Source of the DNA: Macrostomum lignano
Lineage: Eukaryota
Reading direction: 5' to 3'
Length of the DNA stretch: 64,000 nucleotides
Assembly (NCBI GenBank): GCA_002269645.1
Contig: NIVC01001752.1
Location: 178,092-242,091, forward strand
Shown: piece after piece, positions 40,516 to 52,653 of the stretch
Position numbering within the stretch: the stretch's first letter is position 1
Layout: each line of letters starts with the position of its first letter
Program-made: the position numbers and the translations under genes
The notes under the pieces: generated by a model
What the model saw: only the letters and a program-made list of their open reading frames with translations
The model's database searches: none
Told to the model about the DNA's origin: nothing

Positions 40516-42900
40516 CCCCGCCAACACTGATGGCACGCCAGGCGTGCCATGGGTCTCATTTAACCATACACTGAGAATACGTGTCTATGGCCCAGATGGT
40601 TTAGCATAAATATGACTTTTCGATATCCCCATAAGTCACGGATGGCATGCTGTGCGTACCATGTTATTGTTTCGCAATTTTTTAACTATATTTGACTGCA
40701 AGTACAGGATAGATAACAAAAACTTTAAAAGCGGACAACAAAAGAACAAAAAACAATTAGGTAAACAATATTTAAAACATCGATGAGGCATTTAGGAGGA
40801 GCGTTTTGAATTTCGTATTCTGAACGTAATTAAGTTTTGCACCGTACCACCAGTGCAACTACTGTGCTGCTGCAGTGTGCCAATTCTGAAAGCATGAGAC
40901 AGCACACAGCCCGGGCTCTCCTGGGCAACCAGTGCATACGAACACCGTTCTTTTGGCCACACCATTGCTGTAGCAGACTCTGCATCGCTTTGTCGGCCTC
41001 GCATTGGCATCTGTCGGCGGCAGCTTCGATGGCGCGTGCTGTGAGATGGCCTTGCGCTTCGATGTATTCAGACGTTTGCCCCGGCCTGTCTGCTCCATGA
41101 GAGTACGGATCGCAGCTTCCAAAAATTCAACGAATTTGATTTTCCTTTCTCCTTGGCAGTTGCAGATCCAGGCATTGCGGACCCCAACTGCAGCAAAATG
41201 TGGAACCCGAGCTTCTGGTGCCATCTGTATGTTCTTCTCCCCGCACTGTAAGGCTGCAGTGCTGCATCAAGGCGATCAACGCCTCCCATGTTCTTATTGT
41301 ACTGCAGCACCGAATTCGGCTTTAAAACTGACTCCTCCGCTCCGCCTCGGATCACTCGCCTCACTTCCGTGCTTTCAGCAACACCGTGCGTGTCCAACAA
41401 GTGCACAGTTTTGCGACCGCTTGCCTTCCTGTCTACCAGCTTGACTGCGAGAACATCGCCGCGGCGCATCTGGGAGTGACTGACGGGTTGCAGGGGCAGC
41501 ACTTTCAGCTCATTCGGCACACCTCGATTGGGCCTCACCGTCCCAGTCAGTAAAGTACTGCGTTCCAGCAGAAACGGCGCCAGACGGAGCGATGTGAACC
41601 AGCTGTCACAGAAGATCTTGTACCCTAGGTCCAGCAAATTTTTACTCAATTCAACGACGATCTTCTCGCTCATCGATAAATTACCGCAGTTTAATCCATC
41701 TCCAAACTTGTCGTTATCCTGCTTAGCAGCATGTACACGAAAGTTCCACAGAAAACCTGTCGAAGCTTCCGTCAAGCAGTAGACCTTGATGCCGAATCTG
41801 GCACGCTTGTTGGGCATGAACTGCCGGAAAATGAGCCTGCCCTTGTACATGACCAGTTCTTCATCGACAGACACCTCTTGACGTGGGCTGTAATTTGCTT
41901 GGCAAATATCGCGGACAATGTTAAGAAAAGGTCGAATCTTTTTCAAGGAGTCCTGTTGGTTGTCGGTGGTGCAGTCGTAAAATCGAAGTAATGATAATAT
42001 CTGCACAAACCGATCCCTTCCAAGGCAATGTTCTTTCTGGAAGTATTCGCCGCCGTAGAAGTCTCCCGTGGACCAGTACATGTGCATTTCGGGCTTCTTC
42101 ACAAGACCCATGTACAGGATGATTGCTAGAGACTTCTTCACCTCATTGTCGGTACACGGTCTCCAAGTTGATAGCAAATTGGGAAGAGCTCCGTCCTGAT
42201 TTTCAGCTGTCAAATGTTGAAGCTCCATGTCAGCTCGGGCGTTGGTCCAGATGCGAATGGCAGACACCAGATCAGCGGTGAGAAAGTGCTGCAGATAGAA
42301 TTGCACCTGGGCCATTTTACCTTCAGGAGCTTGTGCTTGGATGTCTGGGTTCAGGCCAGGCACAGCGAGGAATTCGGGCAGATCGCTGAGACGCGAATCT
42401 TCACCATCTTGAGCAGTTGTCCATTCATTCTCGTTGGCGAACTCGACTCCATGCTCAGCTACTTCACCATTACTCTCACCATCTTCCTCGTCCAGCAACT
42501 CTTCATCGAAACTCATATATTCGCTGTCGCAGCCGTCGCTGGTGAAAACAGAACCTTCCACAATTGCAATTGCAGCATCATCAATGTTGTTAGCCATGAT
42601 TTTGAGTCTCGCGTAAGTTTAATTAATTATACAGTAATGTTGGACAAGTTTGTGGTATCAGTAAAAATTTACTGCATGATTCTGGACTGTTTTTACCATA
42701 GACAGTTTTAAAATAAACTGTAGTATCAGTCAAGCGCAAATTTTAGGACAGTTGGAACTCAATAGTTAAGTAAGCCAGTCAGTAGTCTATGGGAATTTCT
42801 TGAGCCGTAAATTGACACAGTGCTCTGTGGCAGTGGGAAAGAGATTGAAGCCCCATGGTACGCGTGGCATGCCATCCGTCAATAGTGACTGTGTGCGGAA
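40516..42900 (-). mobile_element. piggyBac DNA transposon; left end TTAA|CCCC intact, right outer TIR missing or degenerate
   Basis: TTAA at 40512-40515. The internal palindromic repeat ATGGCACGCCAGGCGTGCCATGGG is mirrored at 42852-42876. Contains the transposase gene. Confidence 0.9.
40859..42597 (-). CDS. piggyBac transposase, about 579 aa if a 1-nt frameshift at 41182-41185 is corrected
   Basis: Catalytic motifs SVDEE, FCDSWFTS and GGVDRLD. The C-terminal Cys-rich domain CRVC..CTGC..LCAVSCFQNWH is in the next frame. Adding one G to the G4 run gives HILLQLGVRNAWI. Confidence 0.9.
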
Positions 42901-44329
42901 AAGAGCCGTGGCCTCTACGAGTATCTTGGTGCCTCAAGAACGCGCTACTTTTATTTTTTAGCTGTCCTTAACAGTAGAAACTACCAAGAATTCCCCAATT
43001 CTCCCCTGACAATTTTTTTTGCTGCGCCGGAACGGAGCAACGCAGGCACACAAAGTTCAAGAACACGGGCTGACTTTTTATTGCGCACCTTCTCAAACAA
43101 GAATCAAGTCGCCAGCCCTCCGGGCCGTCGAGATATTCGACGATTCTTCCAGAAGGTCGGATTTTTCCCATAAGCGCCAGTGTATTCAGTACACCCCTGT
43201 GCGCCAATCAGCACTGCGCCTCAGTGCAGCCTTGCAATGCTTCCAAATTTCATCAGCACGTCGACCACATGTGTCTGCATCAGCTCTGACTTCGTTGGTC
43301 ACTGGCCTTCACCCAGACGGAGCTTCTGGACCTTCAAACAGGTGGCAGCAGGTGACTATGGACACCTTGAATACGAATTTCTCGAGTTTCGCTGATCAAG
43401 CCTCGACAATGGGCAAAAATCAACTGCTGGACATCCTCAGCTAGTCTCTCGAGCATTCCGTCATCATCCTGACGCCGTCCGCACCTTCAACAGATATGAC
43501 ACCAGGCGACTATGAACATCCTGTTGCAGCTAATATCAGATTTTTCTTATCAAGCTTCAATAATGGGCAAAGCTCAACTGCTGGGCATCCTCAACTGGTT
43601 TCTCAAGCAGTTGGTCGTCATTCAGCCGTCTTTGGCACCTTCAAGGAGACGAAACCATGACTATGGACAACCATAAGAGATAGTTTTTGAACTTATATTT
43701 TAGTAGCATTTTAGTAACTTATATTTAAGACAGAATACTTAGATATTTCTGAGCAAATTCTGAGCAACAACATACTGGATAAAATATACTGAAACCGTAG
43801 CTGGATACATACGATCGATATTTTTATCATTGCCTGTCGGACTTGCAGGGTGTAATCTTGGATGACAGAACAATTTTCTGATACGTCAGAGGTCTGGCAG
43901 TCAGGGCCTATGTACTATATTTGTCAGCTGTGTGAGCTAGTACATGTACATGTGTACTGGCTGATTCACGGATAAACCCCCTATTTACAAAGACATTCAT
44001 AAACAGTTCGCAATGCTACTTAATTAACTTGCGCACATGTGAGCGTCATCCTATATTCTTCAGCAATGCAGCTGTAAATAATTTCAGAGAAGTTATTCTG
44101 CATACTAGATTGAACCCGTAAATTGTAGGCAAAAAGCAAACCAGGTACTCCAGTTAACCAACTTTTGGGTTGCATTGTTCAAATGGAATATGCGAACTGG
44201 TTCAATTAGATATTTTTGAAGAAATCACGCAAAAAATCATGAAATCAAGAGTCAATCAGCCGAGCCATCTTTCAATCTGTCAATCAATCAACCAATCCGT
44301 CAAAATCAATCTGTCAATCAATCAACCAA

Positions 44330-44369
44330 TCACTCAAAATATCAATCAGTCAATCAATCAACCAATCAG

Positions 44370-44412
<43 letters not shown>

Positions 44413-44717
44413 GTCAATCAATCAATCAATCAATTAATCAATCAATCAATCAATCAATCAGTCAATCAATCAATCAATCCATCAATCAATCAATTAATCA
44501 ATCAATCAATCAGTCAATCAATCAATCAGTCAATCAATCAGTCAATCAATCAATCAGTCAATCAATCAATCAATCAGTCAATCAATCAATCAATCAATTA
44601 ATCAATCAATCAATCAATCAGTCAATCAATCAATCAATCCATCAATCAATCAATCAATTAATCAATCAATCAATCAGTCAATCAATCAATCAGTCAATCA
44701 ATCAGTCAATCAATCAG

Positions 44718-44752
<35 letters not shown>

Positions 44753-44783
44753 TCAATCAATCAATCAGTCAATCAATCAATCA
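44330..44783. repeat. (TCAA)n microsatellite; (TCTG)n at 44868-45035
   Basis: Visible. Confidence 0.97.
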
Positions 44784-44866
44784 GTGGAAGGGTCAAGTTC
44801 GGCGTTTCGTCTGCTGTCAGGATGAAATTGAAAGCCGCTGCTTGCTAATAAAAGGAAAGTGTTTTG

Positions 44867-44918
<52 letters not shown>

Positions 44919-44969
44919 TTCTGTCTGTCTGTGTGTCTGTCTGTCTGTCTGTGTGTCTGTCTGTCTGTG

Positions 44970-45000
<31 letters not shown>

Positions 45001-45222
45001 ATGTCTTTCTGTCTGTCTGTCTGACTGTGTGTCTGACTGTATTTCTGTGATCCTATAGACAGATATAGATAAACAGACAGACCGACACAAGCCTCATTCA
45101 TTTCAATTGGCCCGTGGCAGCGCTGCCAATGGCAGACAATTGTGACGCGAATAAGCAAAAACAGTTAAATTCTAGCAAAATTCGGCGCTCTCCGCAATAC
45201 ACAGCACCGATAACGACTCAAA

Positions 45223-48200
45223 ATGGAAGCTCTTTGGAGAATCCTGACGGCGATTGCAGCAGTTCTGATGCAGACCTTCGGCAGGTCCGCAGGCCAAAGC
45301 GACGGCCTTGATGGCACTGAGCTGGAGATCCTGGAAGCTGTTATGTTCGAAAATGAAACAAAAATTTCACGATATCTGCAGAAACCTTCTAACGTTGATA
45401 GGCTCTTCAGCATCAATGAGATGACATTCTCACCGCTTCACTTTGCGTGTGAAATGGGAAAAGACAAAATTGTCGAAATGTTCATTCGAGCCCACGCTGA
45501 CGTCAATCTTCAACGAAAAACCGGCGAGTCACCTCTCTACATTGCATCACACAATGGTCACCACCAAGTTGTAAGCTCACTCATCAAAGCACAAGCTGAC
45601 GTCAATCTTCAAGAAGTCGATGGCTGCTCACCTCTCTACATTGCATCACAGAATGGTCACCACCAAGTTGTGAGCTCACTCATCAAAGCACAAGCTGACG
45701 TCAATCTTCAACGAAATACTGGCGAGTCACCTCTCTACATTGCATCACAGAATGGTCACCACCAAGTTGTGAGCTCACTCATCAAAGCACAAGCTGACGT
45801 CAATCTTCAACAAGTCGATGGCTGCTCACCTCTCTACATTGCATCACAGAATGGTCACCACCAAGTTGTGAGCTCACTCATCAAAGCACAAGCTGACGTC
45901 AATCTTCAACAAGTCGATGGCTGCTCACCTCTCTACATTGCATCACAGAATGGTCACCACCAAGTTGTGAGCTCACTCATCAAAGCACAAGCTGACGTCA
46001 ATCTTCAAGAAGTCGATGGCTGCTCACCTCTCTACATTGCATCAGGGAAGGGTCACCACCAAGTTGTGAGCTCACTCATCAAAGCACAAGCTGACGTAAA
46101 TCTTCAACAAATCCAAGGCGGCTCACCTCTCTACATTGCATCACAGGAGGGTCACCACCAAGTTGTGAGCTCACTCATCAAAGCACAAGCTGACGTCAAT
46201 CTTCAACAAGTCGATGGCTGCTCACCTCTCTACATTGCATCACAGAATGGTCACCACCAAGTTGTGAGCTCACTCATCAAAGCACAAGCTGACGTCAATC
46301 TTCAACAAGTCGATGGCTGCTCACCTCTCTACATTGCATCACAGAATGGTCACCACCAAGTTGTGAGCTCACTCATCAAAGCACAAGCTGACGTCAATCT
46401 TCAAGAAGTCGATGGCTGCTCACCTCTCTACATTGCATCACAGAATGGTCACCACCAAGTTGTGAGCTCACTCATCAAAGCACAAGCTGACGTCAATCTT
46501 CAAGAAGTCGATGGCTGCTCACCTCTCTACATTGCATCAGGGAAGGGTCACCACCAAGTTGTGAGCTCACTCATCAAAGCACAAGCTGACGTCAATCTTC
46601 AACAAGTCGATGGCTGCTCACCTCTCTACATTGCATCACAGAATGGTCACCACCAAGTTGTGAGCTCACTCATCAAAGCACAAGCTGACGTAAATCTTCA
46701 ACAAATCCAAGGCGGCTCACCTCTCTACATTGCATCACAGGAGGGTCACCACCAAGTTGTGAGCTCACTCATCAAAGCACAAGCTGACGCGAATGGTGTA
46801 CATATTGATAGTCAAGAAGTGGCCAAAAGTACATTCGCTGTGGAAGAGCCACTGAAACAGTTAGATTTTGGGTAAGATTCATTTTTGATTCTAAATAACT
46901 CTTTCGATTAGTTTTTCACGGATGCGAAGAAGATTAGGCAATTGTGCAAGCAGGCGGTCATGAGAGGCAGTGTTGGCAGTTGGCAGTTTGCAGCAGAACA
47001 GCTTGCAAACAGGTGAAAGCGAGAGCTTGCTGAATGCTGAGTCAAGATGGATTTAGCATGGCTGATATCACATGCAAGTACATGTGCTCACGGGTTTATC
47101 CCCGTTGCAAGTAAATGCAATGTGAATGTGGAGTTCAGGACCCCATCTGCCGCCATCCCCATAATCGGCATTGTCAGCAAATCAGGTTTTCCGATTTACT
47201 CGGACCGCTCAGACCCGTTCGACCAATAAAGTTCCCTCGTAACCATGCCACTCTACAGACACTCCAATGGGCAGTCACATAATTGGACCATTTTCAGGAG
47301 CACACCTTTTCTCCGGACACTAGGCTCACCTATGGACCCACCTTCAGCATGCCCCACCCCACCTCCAGCATGACCTACCCCACCCTTAGCATGCCCCACC
47401 CCACCTCCAGCATGACCCACCCCACTTCCAGCATGACCCACCCCACCTCCAGCATGCCCACCCCACCTCCTTCCTGCCCCACCCCACCTTCGGCCTGCCC
47501 CACTCTACATCCGGGTCTCTGAATCTAAAATATCAAATCCTCATCGCTGAATCAACTCTTTTCCCACCTGCCAACCATATCACAGACACTCTGCATGGAC
47601 ACTGTATGGGCAGCCATGGAAATTGGACAGTTTTTCAGTAACAAAACATGCACACATTTGCTCTAAACTAAACTAAAAGAACTAATTAAAGGATCAACTG
47701 CCTGCAAAATGATCAGCAAAATCAATTCATGCACTGTTCGGGAGAGCTGCCCTGTGCTACACAAATTAGTCAATTAACCCGTCTTGACCTGCAAGTTTTT
47801 CACCTATAACTCACATTTTAGATGCAGTCCCAGCGACTCAGAGCTGAGCCATCAGCTGCACTCAGCACTGGAGCAGTCAGGCTTCACCGAATCCCGAGCC
47901 GCATTGCAGAGCGCGGCTGCCGATGTCCTGCAGCAGATTCTGAGAAGTCGACTGAACGTCGATAATTATTTTGTGGTCGGCAGCTACTCAGAAGGCTGGG
48001 GCAACAGCCTGACGACACTGGACGGCAGAACTGACGCCAATTCCGACATTGATGTGATGCATTTGATTCCCGGCCGAGAATACCACCAGAAAAGTCTGTG
48101 CGAGTGCGATGGAGCTCCGGAGCAGCACGAGTTGGTGAACGGGCACATTCAGTGCTCAGGATTCGGTGAGTTCTCTCTTGGGGAGTGAGATTGTCTGGTA

Positions 48201-50589
48201 GTTTTGTTATGACTGTTAGAGACTCTGGCAGTGCAGATGTTTGCTTGTTGTGTGCAGAGCATTGGTGCAGAAACTATTCTGAATGAGACAGCTGGAATCA
48301 GTAAGCAGATCTAAACAAGAGCCTGACTATCCTGACAGTCTGTGTTGGCAACCTGCATTTATTTTGTACAAGCTGTTGAAACCTGCATATTTTTAACCCG
48401 CTGAAGTTCGATCTCCGCATCTCTTTGCATGCATTCTGAAATCTGAAGTCATGCTCAAACAAAGCTTGTTAATAGCTAGGATAGGGGTGAGACAAACTTG
48501 GAGTGAATTTGGAATTTAAACTCTTAAGCCAGGACGCGGGATTATAAAATGTAACTTTAAAGTGAGACGATAAGAAGCGATGGCGATTGCCGACTGAAAC
48601 TGAGTGAAATGGAAAAGCAGTGATACTGTCCAAGTGTTCTACAGAAACAAAGCAGAGTAGGCATGCAAAACGTCAGCAAAACCAATAAAGAACATATGTG
48701 AGCAGTGATCAAATATTATTTAGTATACAAAGTGCAAATTGATAGTAGAAGTTCTTGTTTCAGAAGGTTCACAACAAATAGTTCCACCATGTCCTTGAGT
48801 TCCGTGTGATGGGGTTGGTCCTCTTTGGCAAGAATGTAAGAAAACTTGGCAAGATTGTCGGTGTTAAATGTGAGTAGGATTGGTGAAAGTGGAGCAATGC
48901 TATGGAGGATTCAGAGAAAAATTGGCATTGCTTTCAGGTAAAAAGACTCGAATTTAGGGAACTTATAGGTAGCCTTTGACCTCTCCGTAGTGAGTTTAGG
49001 GTGGGTGCAAATATCGTGTCATTTGGTAGGGCGGTTTCTAAAGCTGCATATTGTCCGAGCAGTCCAAGGCATCACCGCACAGACTCAAAGCTGTATATTG
49101 CCCAATCGGGAACCGAATCGTTTTTACAGCCTCCAACCCTGCTAAAGCGACACCCGGATGCACACTGAGGCCAGCGCTGGACATTGTCTCTGCATGCCGT
49201 CTCTGCCGCTACCCGCCCATCGCGCCGCTGCTGCCAAACCGCGTCTCCAACATCCCCCATGCGGTGCTGGAGGCTCTCCGGAAGGTTCTCACCTCCGCCT
49301 CATCGCCTTGTCACGTGGTGTACGCAGCCTCCCCTGACCGAGGAGGCGAAGAGCTCCGCGTGAGCACCAGCTTCCTGGAGAACCGGATGCTGCGAAGTCT
49401 CACTACCCTGCAAGGTCAACTGTTCGTCACACTCAAATACCTGGTCAAGAAGGTCATCTGCCAAAAGAATGGCTTCAATCAGCAAGGCTTGAAGTCCTAC
49501 CACGTGAAGACCATCACCTTCCGAATGGTGGACGAGACGCCGGTCGAGCAGTGGAAGAAGGAGAACCTCGTGAGTCTCACGAGACAGTCGCTGCAGATGC
49601 TGCTCGACTGTGTGGAGAAGAGCCGAGAGCAGGACAGACAAACACCTGACACACCTGACCGATCTCGGGGTCGCATCATGAACCATTTCTTTCTCAGCGA
49701 TGCGGCCATCTACCTCAAGGGTGCGGACAAGGAGAGAGCGGACCAGCATTTGGACGGCATCATGAGCACACTGAGAGCAGTAATCGATCAGCTGCCCCAA
49801 CGGCTGCAGCAGTTCATCGGCAGTCTCAGACCTGTGAGCGACTCAGGCACATTCTACTTCCACCCGTTCCAAATCCTGCCTGATCTGAGGCCGATGCCAC
49901 TCCCGAAGTCCAGTACTCTCGAGTACTATCAGATCTACGACGTGGTGAGAGAGTGTCTGGTGCGTCTCTCGCGCAGTGACTACAGCCAGCGATCTCAGGA
50001 GTCGCTCACAGAGCTGATTGCCAGACTGCCAGACTGCGCCCTCTCAGCACGGGAGGCTCTCAGAGCGCTGGCTTGCCTGAAGTTCGGCTACCGAGGAACT
50101 GCAGAGAGAGTCGTGAGCTTGTACTCAGGTCACTCGGTGAGCAGAGGCATCGCTTGGTCTCGTGAGAAGTCGGCGACTGAAGCGACTGTGGAGTTCGTGA
50201 TGCAGCATCTGAGCAGCCGCGACTCGGCGTGGAAGTTTTTCTTTAAGTTCGACCAGCGACCGAAACTCGAGTTCTTGACAGGAGCTCTGAGGGAGTGCTT
50301 TCCCCTCCGGTTGTCACGCGGAGCTGACCTTTTCTACATGAACTTTGATGCTCTGCTGTGGGCTCTGCGGCTCGAGCTGCGGACTGATGGAGAAGCGCGC
50401 GCTCAGGACTGGATCCGGGATGTGGCTGAGAGAGAGGACTCGGATGAGCAGGAGCTGCTTGTTGCCTCTTTGAATTCTTCAAATCTGGAGCAGGTTCAGG
50501 AAATAGTAAAGAAGCTGGAGATGATGAGGGAAGATCTTCTCAGTTGGCTGGTGGCGAGACTTAAGGAAAAATGGAGCAATGGAACTTAG
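45223..50589 (+). CDS. Ankyrin-repeat / Mab-21 (cGAS-like receptor, cGLR) nucleotidyltransferase fusion, about 1150 aa, 3 exons
   Basis: Exons 45223-46871 (GG|GTAAGA, phase 2), 47822-48165 (TTTTAG|A ... G|GTGAGT, phase 1) and 49130-50589 (TTACAG|CC). The total of 3453 nt is one open frame. NTase motifs VVGSYSEG, SDIDVM and ALDIVS; Mab-21 motifs LRVSTSFLE, LKSYHVKT, W..ENL and NHFF; 1 cap plus 13 ankyrin repeats. Confidence 0.88.
47335..47510. repeat. About 21-bp C-rich repeat (CCCCACCCCACCTCCAGCATG) in intron 1 of the ANK-cGLR gene
   Basis: Visible. Confidence 0.85.
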
Positions 50590-51554
50590 GAAGTTCCGAG
50601 TAAAAACTAAAACTGTCTTGCCTGTGAGCTGGTTATTAATATTTTTATTTTCCCAAATTATCCCACTGCTCTGATGCTCCTCTTCCATTTTCGGATCAAG
50701 TCGGCATCCCCGAGAACTTCAGCTCATTAGCATGTACTTTACTGCCATCTGGGTCATTGTCCTTGAATTCGTTGGAAATTTCGATTTTTTAAACAAAGTT
50801 TTGAGCTGAAATCAAAATATCTCATTATCGAACTTAACCAATTCCGCTTTCACCAGTAGCTGACTAATATAATATAATAGTTAGCAAGTTAGTCACTCAG
50901 TTAGTGAAGCACTGCCAAGCTCTGTCTTTACCAGCCAGCAATTCACTCCATTTTGCACTTCTGCCACCTGCAGCCCACAGCGGCAGACAGGGTGAGCCAG
51001 TCAGCCATCAGATTCTGAGATGTGAGCATGATGACAATGGCTTATTTATGTCAAAATAAGAGAGCGCAGTCTTGAGCCGTAGAGAGCGGGTGGTTAGAGA
51101 GGCCAGCTCAACCTCAAGCAGTAATTATGCTATTCTCAGGCTGCACATCGCTCTTCCAGCCTCCCTGCAACCAGCGATGCTGTGCTCGGTGTGTTTTGAG
51201 CAGTGAGCCGGATGAAGTTGCATTCTAGCCAGACTTGTTTAACAACAACAACAACAACAACAAAATACGCGGCCCCGCAAGAAAAGTCAGTTAGAGCAGG
51301 GCGCGTCAGATGGCGCGCCGCAGAGCCTGGGAGCGAACGAAATCCACTCCGTTGGCAGTGTCGGGCGCCCCAGCGTCGCACAGCAGGCAGTCCACGTATC
51401 GTGTTGTTGTTGTTTTTGTTGTTGTTTACTGTCTCTGAGACAGGGGGGTTGGCGTTTCGAGAGGCCAGTATGGGGCAGTTGCCAACTCAAAGCAGTCTCA
51501 TCTTTCCCAACTTTCTGATCGGCTAATCAGCTTGGATGTCTTATGCATGTATCT

Positions 51555-51770
51555 GCCCTGGAGATCTGCTCCCTCTGCCATCTGCATGTACATCAATCTG
51601 CCCCGGATATCTGCTCCCTCTTCCATCTGCATGTACATCAATCTGCCCCGGAAATCTTCTCCCTTTTCCATCTGCATGTACATCAATCTGCCCCGGAGAT
51701 CTGCTCCCTCTTCCATCTGCATGTACATCAATCTGCCCCGGAGATCTGCTCCCTCTTCTATCTGCGGCTA
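51555..51770. repeat. 45-bp tandem repeat, about 5 copies
   Basis: Unit CATCTGCATGTACATCAATCTGCCCCGGAGATCTGCTCCCTCTTC. Confidence 0.93.
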
Positions 51771-52653
51771 TCCAACAGCCATGAAAGAAGGCCGGCTCCC
51801 AAGCCACAGAGAGTGAACTCAGGGCCGCTGTACACCCTGTGTGAGCATTACGTATGAGTGCTGTGCCTGCGTACAGTATTGGAGCGCTTGCAGGTGCTCC
51901 ATCAGGATCTGGGCGCGGCCATCAGCAGCCAATTTAAATAATCAAAATTTCAACCGCCTGGCTTTGCTTTGCCTTCAAGCAGAAACCGCACTGAAGTGCT
52001 CCTTTACTTCACCGCCAGCCGCCACCATTGAAAAGCAAATTCGCATTTTCAAGCGGCTTCAATTAAGCTCATCAGTGTTTTCACCTGGGTTTCTGATCAC
52101 CGGAGTTGAGCAATAAAAAGGCTTCAGTCCTTAATTACCGCAGTGTGAGCTCTGGAGAAGCGCAGCTTGCAGCGGAGCGGAAAAGCAGCCACCTCTACTC
52201 GTCTCAACCGCAGCCACCCGAGCAGCCCAGCTCCAGACCAGCCCAACTCAATGCTCAGAGGACAATGGGTGAATGCTGAGGCTTGAGGGCCGAGCCAGCA
52301 GCCTGCGAACGCGTGGCACAGAAGGCTCGCAGCAAATGCTTTGGGGGGGGGCTGATGTTTTCCTAGCAATGGCACAGAGAGAATCTGTGAGCGCCAACCC
52401 TGCCTGCTCAAAGCATTCATTGCCTGTGCGTTCTCAGCGAGACTATAGAGAATTCACTGCCTTGAGTATTCGGTTTGGAGAGTTTGAGATGAGGGCCTCG
52501 CAGACTCATAAGAATAATAATAGGGGCTTTAGAGGCCGGCCTGCTTGGCTGTCCCTCTGTATTAAGATAGCAGAAAAATAAGCTTTTGTGTGCAGCATGG
52601 CAGACATTCAACTCATTGGACAATTGAATGCTCACTAATTCATTTTCTAGACA

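Noticed and set aside
45223-46875. Stand-alone 550-aa ankyrin protein as listed in the ORF track
   Set aside because: A strong GG|GTAAGA donor just before the stop is phase-matched to the next exon, which favours the spliced ANK-Mab-21 fusion.
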